Below are positions 48,896-53,436 of a stretch of 53,436 nt of DNA, piece after piece. Below the pieces are notes generated by a model. It was not told where the DNA came from. It did not search any database and worked only from the letters and a program-made list of their open reading frames with translations. Numbering within the stretch: position 1 is the stretch's first letter; each line of letters opens with the position of its first letter. The DNA comes from an uncultured Gammaproteobacteria bacterium (GTDB taxonomy: Bacteria; Patescibacteriota; Patescibacteriia; Patescibacteriales; UBA12465), in NCBI GenBank assembly GCA_964616855.1, contig CAZTUJ010000005.1:1-53436 (forward strand), written 5' to 3'. The position numbers and the translations under genes are program-made.

Positions 48896-48985
48896 ATTAA
48901 TATATTGCGGCGATGGCGCGGTTTAAGATCTAAAAACCCAGGAGGCTAGTTTTAGATCTTCAATCTCGCGATCGTTTCGAAACCC

Positions 48986-51037
48986 ATGTCCGAAATAATC
49001 AGCAAAATCCGGAAACGCTCCGGTGACATCGTTGACTTTAGTCAGCCTAAAATCAAGGCGGCTATCCATAAGGCGGCTCTGTCGGTAGAAATTGATGACG
49101 AAGCTCTCTCTCAGCAATTAAGCGATGAAGTGGTAGCGAAAGTTGCGAAGAAGTTTCATAAAAACAGCATTCCGGCAGTTGAAGAAATCCAGGATGTTGT
49201 TGAAGAAGTTTTAATTGAGCACAAGCAGATTAAGACCGCTAAAGCTTACATCTTGTATCGTGATCAACATCGTCAATTACGCGAATTAAACAAGGCTACC
49301 TCTGATGAGAAGTTGATGGAAGATTATCTGGGCCGGGCTGACTGGCGTTTAAAGGAAAACAGTAACATGAGTTTTTCCGTCCAGGGCCTAAATAATTATA
49401 TTGCTTCCGCTATCTCCGCCCGTTATTGGCTAAATAAGCTGTATCCAGAATCTATCAGGGAGGCGCATGTTAATGGCGATATCCATATTCATGACCTTGG
49501 GTTACTTGCTCCATACTGCTGCGGTTGGGATTTAAAAGATTTGTTAATTAAAGGTTTTGGGGGTGTTTCTGAAAAGGTGCAGAGCAAAGCTCCTAAACAT
49601 TTTCGTAGTGCTCTTGGTCAGATTGTTAATTTTTTCTATACCATGCAGGGGGAGGCCGCTGGGGCTCAGGCTTTCGCTAATTTTGATACTTATCTCGCTC
49701 CTTTTATCCGTTATGATAATTTGAGCTATAAAGAAGTAAAGCAGGGTTTGCAGGAATTCATGTTCAATATCAATGTACCGACTCGCGTTGGGTTTCAGAC
49801 CCCTTTTACCAATATCACTATGGACGTCACCCCCTCCAAATTAGTGGGTGAAGAAAATGTAATTATTGGTGGTCAGATGATGCCGGAAACCTATAAAGAC
49901 TTCCAGGCAGAAATGGATATGTTTAATCAGGCTTTTGCCGAAGTGATGTTAGAAGGTGATTCTACGGGGAGAGTCTTTGGCTTTCCAATTCCGACCTATA
50001 CGATTGATAAAACTTTTGATTGGGACCGTGAATGTTTGAAACCGGTGTGGGAGATGACCGCTAAATATGGTATTCCGTATTTTTCCAACTTTGTTAATTC
50101 CGACATGGATCGCGATGACGCTCGTTCAATGTGTTGCCGTTTACGTTTAGATAATCGGGAGCTGAGAAAGCGCGGTGGTGGCCTCTTCGGCGCCAATCCT
50201 TTAACCGGCAGTCTTGGCGTGGTCACCATCAATTTAGCTCGTATCGGTTATGTGGCTAAAAGCAAAGAAGAATTTTTACAAAAGATTTATCGGCTAATGG
50301 ATATTGCTAAAGATAGTTTAGAGATAAAGCGTAAAATTATTGAAAAATTTTCTGATGACGGCCTTTATCCTTATTCTCGCCACTATCTCGCTGATATTAA
50401 AGCTCGTTTCGGCACTTTTTGGCAGAATCATTTCAACACTATCGGTATTAACGGTATGAATGAAGCTCTGTTAAATTTGTTGGGTAAGGATTTAACGACG
50501 CCGGAAGGGCATGCTTTTGCTCTTGAAGTGATGGATGCGATGCGTGAGCGCCTAATGGACTATCAGAACGAAACCAATAATCTTTACAATTTGGAAGCTA
50601 CTCCGGGAGAAGGTTGTACCTATCGTTTTGCCAAGAAAGATTTAGAATTATATCCGGATATGAATTTTGCCAACACCGAAGCGGTAAAAGACGGTGCTGC
50701 TCCTTATTATACTAATTCTACACACTTGCCGGTCGGCTTCTCTGATGATATTTTTGCCGCCTTGGACTTGCAGGATGATTTACAGATTAAGTATACCGGC
50801 GGCACGGTTTTACACGGTTATTTAGGCGAGCGCTTGCCGGATGGCAATGCGGCTAAGAAATTAGCTCAGCGCATTATTAATAATTACCGTTTGCCCTACT
50901 TTACCATTACCCCCACCTTCTCCATCTGTCCGAAACATGGCTATTTAGCTGGAGAACATAAATTTTGTCCGAAATGTGATGAAGAAATGGGCTTTTCCAG
51001 CTCTGAGATGCAGGCTGAACGCTGCTCCACTTGTTAG
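48986..51037 (+). CDS. nrdD: class III (anaerobic) ribonucleoside-triphosphate reductase, large subunit lacking the glycyl-radical loop
   Basis: N-terminal ATP-cone, IHIHDL, finger loop SMCCRL, GVVTINL, EATPGEG, YYTNST and Zn site CPKH...CPKC. No RVxG motif; ends in CSTC. Confidence 0.95.
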   Translation: MSEIISKIRKRSGDIVDFSQPKIKAAIHKAALSVEIDDEALSQQLSDEVVAKVAKKFHKNSIPAVEEIQDVVEEVLIEHKQIKTAKAYILYRDQHRQLRELNKATSDEKLMEDYLGRADWRLKENSNMSFSVQGLNNYIASAISARYWLNKLYPESIREAHVNGDIHIHDLGLLAPYCCGWDLKDLLIKGFGGVSEKVQSKAPKHFRSALGQIVNFFYTMQGEAAGAQAFANFDTYLAPFIRYDNLSYKEVKQGLQEFMFNINVPTRVGFQTPFTNITMDVTPSKLVGEENVIIGGQMMPETYKDFQAEMDMFNQAFAEVMLEGDSTGRVFGFPIPTYTIDKTFDWDRECLKPVWEMTAKYGIPYFSNFVNSDMDRDDARSMCCRLRLDNRELRKRGGGLFGANPLTGSLGVVTINLARIGYVAKSKEEFLQKIYRLMDIAKDSLEIKRKIIEKFSDDGLYPYSRHYLADIKARFGTFWQNHFNTIGINGMNEALLNLLGKDLTTPEGHAFALEVMDAMRERLMDYQNETNNLYNLEATPGEGCTYRFAKKDLELYPDMNFANTEAVKDGAAPYYTNSTHLPVGFSDDIFAALDLQDDLQIKYTGGTVLHGYLGERLPDGNAAKKLAQRIINNYRLPYFTITPTFSICPKHGYLAGEHKFCPKCDEEMGFSSSEMQAERCSTC

Positions 51038-51131
51038 TTTGTTTTATTTATAAATTTATCTTATAATATATTAAAGGAGAGAGCTTTGTGAACGTTTTAA
51101 GGCCTTCACTACTCTCTACCAAACCAATAAT

Positions 51132-51275
51132 ATGAGCCCCATCACTACTCAGCGCCAAGAATGTATCGTTTATAGCCGCGTTGTCGGTTGGTTGACTCCG
51201 GTAAAAAACTATAATCCTGGTAAAGCTTCAGAGTATAAAGATCGCAAGACTTTTAAGGTTGCTTGCTCAGAATAA
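51132..51275 (+). CDS. stand-alone NrdD glycyl-radical domain (47 aa; not in the supplied ORF track)
   Basis: Translated by hand: MSPITTQRQECIVYSRVVGWLTPVKNYNPGKASEYKDRKTFKVACSE*. It matches the NrdD C-terminal pattern YSR(V/I)xGY.PV..WN.GK..E..DR. Confidence 0.92.
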   Translation: MSPITTQRQECIVYSRVVGWLTPVKNYNPGKASEYKDRKTFKVACSE

Positions 51276-51344
51276 AGTAATTATTGAGAGGAGCGCGGGG
51301 ACAGGGCCGTTGTTTAATCCCGGCTACTCCCTCAAACTCGTCTT

Positions 51345-52073
51345 ATGTTAATTGGCGGTTTAGAAAAATTAACCCTTTTGGACTATCCTGATAATTTGGC
51401 AGCGATTGTTTTCACCCAAGGTTGTAATTTCCGTTGCCACTTTTGCTACAATCCCATGCTTGTCTGGCCCCACCATTCGGAGGCGGCGGACGAAAACCAT
51501 AAAGACAAAGGTTATCCCCTGATTCAGGAGGAAGACCTTTTTCTTTTTTTAGAGGAAAGACGAGGGAAGTTGGACGGCGTTGTTATTACTGGCGGCGAGC
51601 CGACTCTTCATGCCGATTTGCCGGATTTAATTCGTAAGATTAAAGACATAGGCTATTTAGTTAAGTTGGACAGTAATGGCACTAATCCGGAAATGCTAGA
51701 ACACTTAATTTCTGCCGACCTCATCGACTATATTGCTATGGATATTAAAGCTCCTTGGGAAAAATATGAGACGGTTGTTGGTGTTCCTGTAAATTTAGAG
51801 AATTTGCAAAAAAGTGTTAAAATAATAATGGCTAGCGGTCTCCCTTATGAATTCCGTAGCACTTTATTACCAGAGTTCCATACAGCCGCCGATATTGAAC
51901 GCATGGGCGTGATGATTAAGGGCGCTGAGCGCTGGTATTTGCAAAAATTTAAGCCTGACACCGGTTTAGTAGACAGCTCCTTTGAGGGTAAAGATACTTT
52001 TCTGGATAAGGATTTAGAGGCGTTTGCGCTCATTGGCGCTAATTTTGTCAAGGATTGCCGCGCCCGCATTTAA
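51345..52073 (+). CDS. nrdG: anaerobic ribonucleoside-triphosphate reductase activating protein (radical SAM)
   Basis: GCNFRCHFCYN, VVITGGEPT, KLDSNG and IAMDIK; adjacent to nrdD. Confidence 0.95.
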   Translation: MLIGGLEKLTLLDYPDNLAAIVFTQGCNFRCHFCYNPMLVWPHHSEAADENHKDKGYPLIQEEDLFLFLEERRGKLDGVVITGGEPTLHADLPDLIRKIKDIGYLVKLDSNGTNPEMLEHLISADLIDYIAMDIKAPWEKYETVVGVPVNLENLQKSVKIIMASGLPYEFRSTLLPEFHTAADIERMGVMIKGAERWYLQKFKPDTGLVDSSFEGKDTFLDKDLEAFALIGANFVKDCRARI

Positions 52074-52077
52074 TAAT

Positions 52078-52371
52078 ATGGACAATATTACGGAAACTGC
52101 TACCAGTGAGCAGAAAAAAACAGAAAATATCGAGACCAAGGCTCCTGATGATTTAGCTTCTTTGTTGCAGGCTAACTTAGAAATGACCAAGGAGATTCAC
52201 GCAATGGTGCGCCATATTAATAGTTATGTCGCCTGGCAGCGTGTTTTTGGCTGGCTTAAATTTTTACTACTACTTATCCCTCTGATTATCGGAGTTATTT
52301 ATCTACCCCCGCTTTTGCGTGAATACTATCAGCAGCTGGTGCAGTTAATAGCTAATGGTGCCGGCATCTAA
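52078..52371 (+). CDS. small membrane protein
   Basis: ATG at 52078; coiled segment followed by one TM helix (FLLLLIPLIIGVIYLPP). Confidence 0.7.
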   Translation: MDNITETATSEQKKTENIETKAPDDLASLLQANLEMTKEIHAMVRHINSYVAWQRVFGWLKFLLLLIPLIIGVIYLPPLLREYYQQLVQLIANGAGI

Positions 52372-52407
52372 TAATCTAAGATTAAGGCTAGAGTTTATAT
52401 ATAATCT

Positions 52408-53436
52408 ATGAAAGACGAAATCGCAGTCTTTGCGCAAACTACTTTTCGCAATCAATTTAAGAAGTTCGGAATTAAAACTGACGACCGGCGCCGTCACATG
52501 TATTTGATTGGGAAAACGGGTATGGGCAAATCCACCATCCAGGAGAATATGATTGTTGGCGATATTCGCGCTGGCCACGGTTTGGCGGTGGTCGATCCTC
52601 ATGGTGATTTAGCAGAAAAAATTATTGAATTTATCCCGCCGGAACGAGTGAAGGACGTTGTTTATTTTAATCCGTCGGATATGGACTATCCGATTGCTTT
52701 CAATGTCTTAGAGCAAGTCGAGCCGCATTTACGGCACCTGGTTGCTTCTGGTTTATTGGGCGTCTTTCAGAAATTATGGGCAGATTCTTGGGGACCTCGT
52801 TTGGAATATATTTTGCGTAACGCGATTTTAGCGATTTTAGATTTTCCAGGCTCTACCCTTTTAGGGGTGGTGCGTATGCTTTCGGACAAGTCTTATCGTA
52901 AACGTGTGGTTGCTAATATTAAAGACCCGGTTGTTAAAGCTTTTTGGGAGAAAGAGTTCGCTTCTTATGCCGACAAGTTCGCTTCCGAGGCGGTTTCGCC
53001 TATTCAAAATAAAGTTGGACAATTTTTGTCCAGCTCTTTGATGCGTAATATTATTGGTCAGGTTAAATCTTCCATCAATATCCGGGAAATCATGGATGAA
53101 GGTAAAATTTTAATCATGAATTTGAGCAAGGGGCGCATTGGCGAAGATAATTCCGCTTTATTGGGAGCAATGATGATTACCAAAATTCAATTGGCGGCAA
53201 TGAGCCGGGTAGACATGCCCGAGAAAGAGCGCAAGGATTTTTATCTTTACATTGATGAGTTTCAGAATTTTTCTACCGATAGTTTTGCCAATATTTTGTC
53301 CGAAGCAAGAAAATATCATTTAAATTTAATTTTAGCTCATCAATACATTGAACAGTTGAGTGAGAAGGTAAAGCCAGCAGTCTTTGGTAACGTGGGGACG
53401 ATGGTTTCTTTCCGGGTGGGGGCAACTGATGCCGAG
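52408..53436 (+). CDS. VirD4/TrwB-like (type IV coupling protein, HerA-FtsK superfamily) ATPase, runs off the right edge
   Basis: Translated by hand: DDRRRHMYLIGKTGMGKST (Walker A), VVDPHGDL, WGPRLEYIL, LYIDEFQNF (Walker B) and SEARKY. No stop before the window end. Confidence 0.9.
   Translation, partial: MKDEIAVFAQTTFRNQFKKFGIKTDDRRRHMYLIGKTGMGKSTIQENMIVGDIRAGHGLAVVDPHGDLAEKIIEFIPPERVKDVVYFNPSDMDYPIAFNVLEQVEPHLRHLVASGLLGVFQKLWADSWGPRLEYILRNAILAILDFPGSTLLGVVRMLSDKSYRKRVVANIKDPVVKAFWEKEFASYADKFASEAVSPIQNKVGQFLSSSLMRNIIGQVKSSINIREIMDEGKILIMNLSKGRIGEDNSALLGAMMITKIQLAAMSRVDMPEKERKDFYLYIDEFQNFSTDSFANILSEARKYHLNLILAHQYIEQLSEKVKPAVFGNVGTMVSFRVGATDAE

Noticed and set aside
51038..51131. nrdD as a pseudogene, or programmed frameshift/readthrough into the small ORF
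   Set aside because: The spacer is 94 nt, AT-rich and structured with no obvious coding remnant, and the frames differ. The small ORF has its own ATG in typical context, and nrdR, nrdG and the NrdR boxes are intact.
1186..52602. Numerous short alternative-frame or antisense ORFs in the track (e.g. 1368-1799, 4393-4917, 8085-8399, 23354-23701, 40298-40594, 46837-47184, 52345-52602)
   Set aside because: They lie within or opposite confidently identified genes and have no recognisable motifs.

Overview
Core-genome window from a small-genome bacterium that looks like Patescibacteria/CPR (Parcubacteria/ABY1-like). This is inferred from the 16S signature, the absence of Shine-Dalgarno motifs, VirB2-type pilins and the gene content; genetic code 11. 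The left edge holds the 5' end of a 16S rRNA gene (minus strand) with its promoter. Housekeeping genes follow: purC, ndk, gyrA, rmuC, radC, an M16 peptidase, a UvrD-nuclease fusion, ruvB, queA, lepB, a hisS-like gene, rpsU, a RelA/SpoT homolog, clpP, secDF, pilD, ftsAZ and nrdR-nrdD-nrdG, plus a partial VirD4/TrwB-like ATPase at the right edge. A 14-kb cluster (24001-37999) encodes giant Cys-rich surface proteins, two of them fused to VirB2-like pilins. Five observations stand out. (1) The class III ribonucleotide reductase is split: its glycyl-radical domain is a separate 47-aa ORF absent from the ORF track, and the large subunit ends in a free CxxC tail. (2) rpsU is the only gene with a long SD, as in Bacteroidia bS21 autoregulation. 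(3) Stem-loops recur 8-11 nt before start codons. (4) A stand-alone porin-like beta-barrel gene sits in a lineage thought to lack an outer membrane. (5) rRNA-type boxA-like motifs occur in the leaders of stand-alone protein genes. No CRISPR array, tRNA, transposase or integrase was seen. All family calls come from motif recognition by eye, not database searches.
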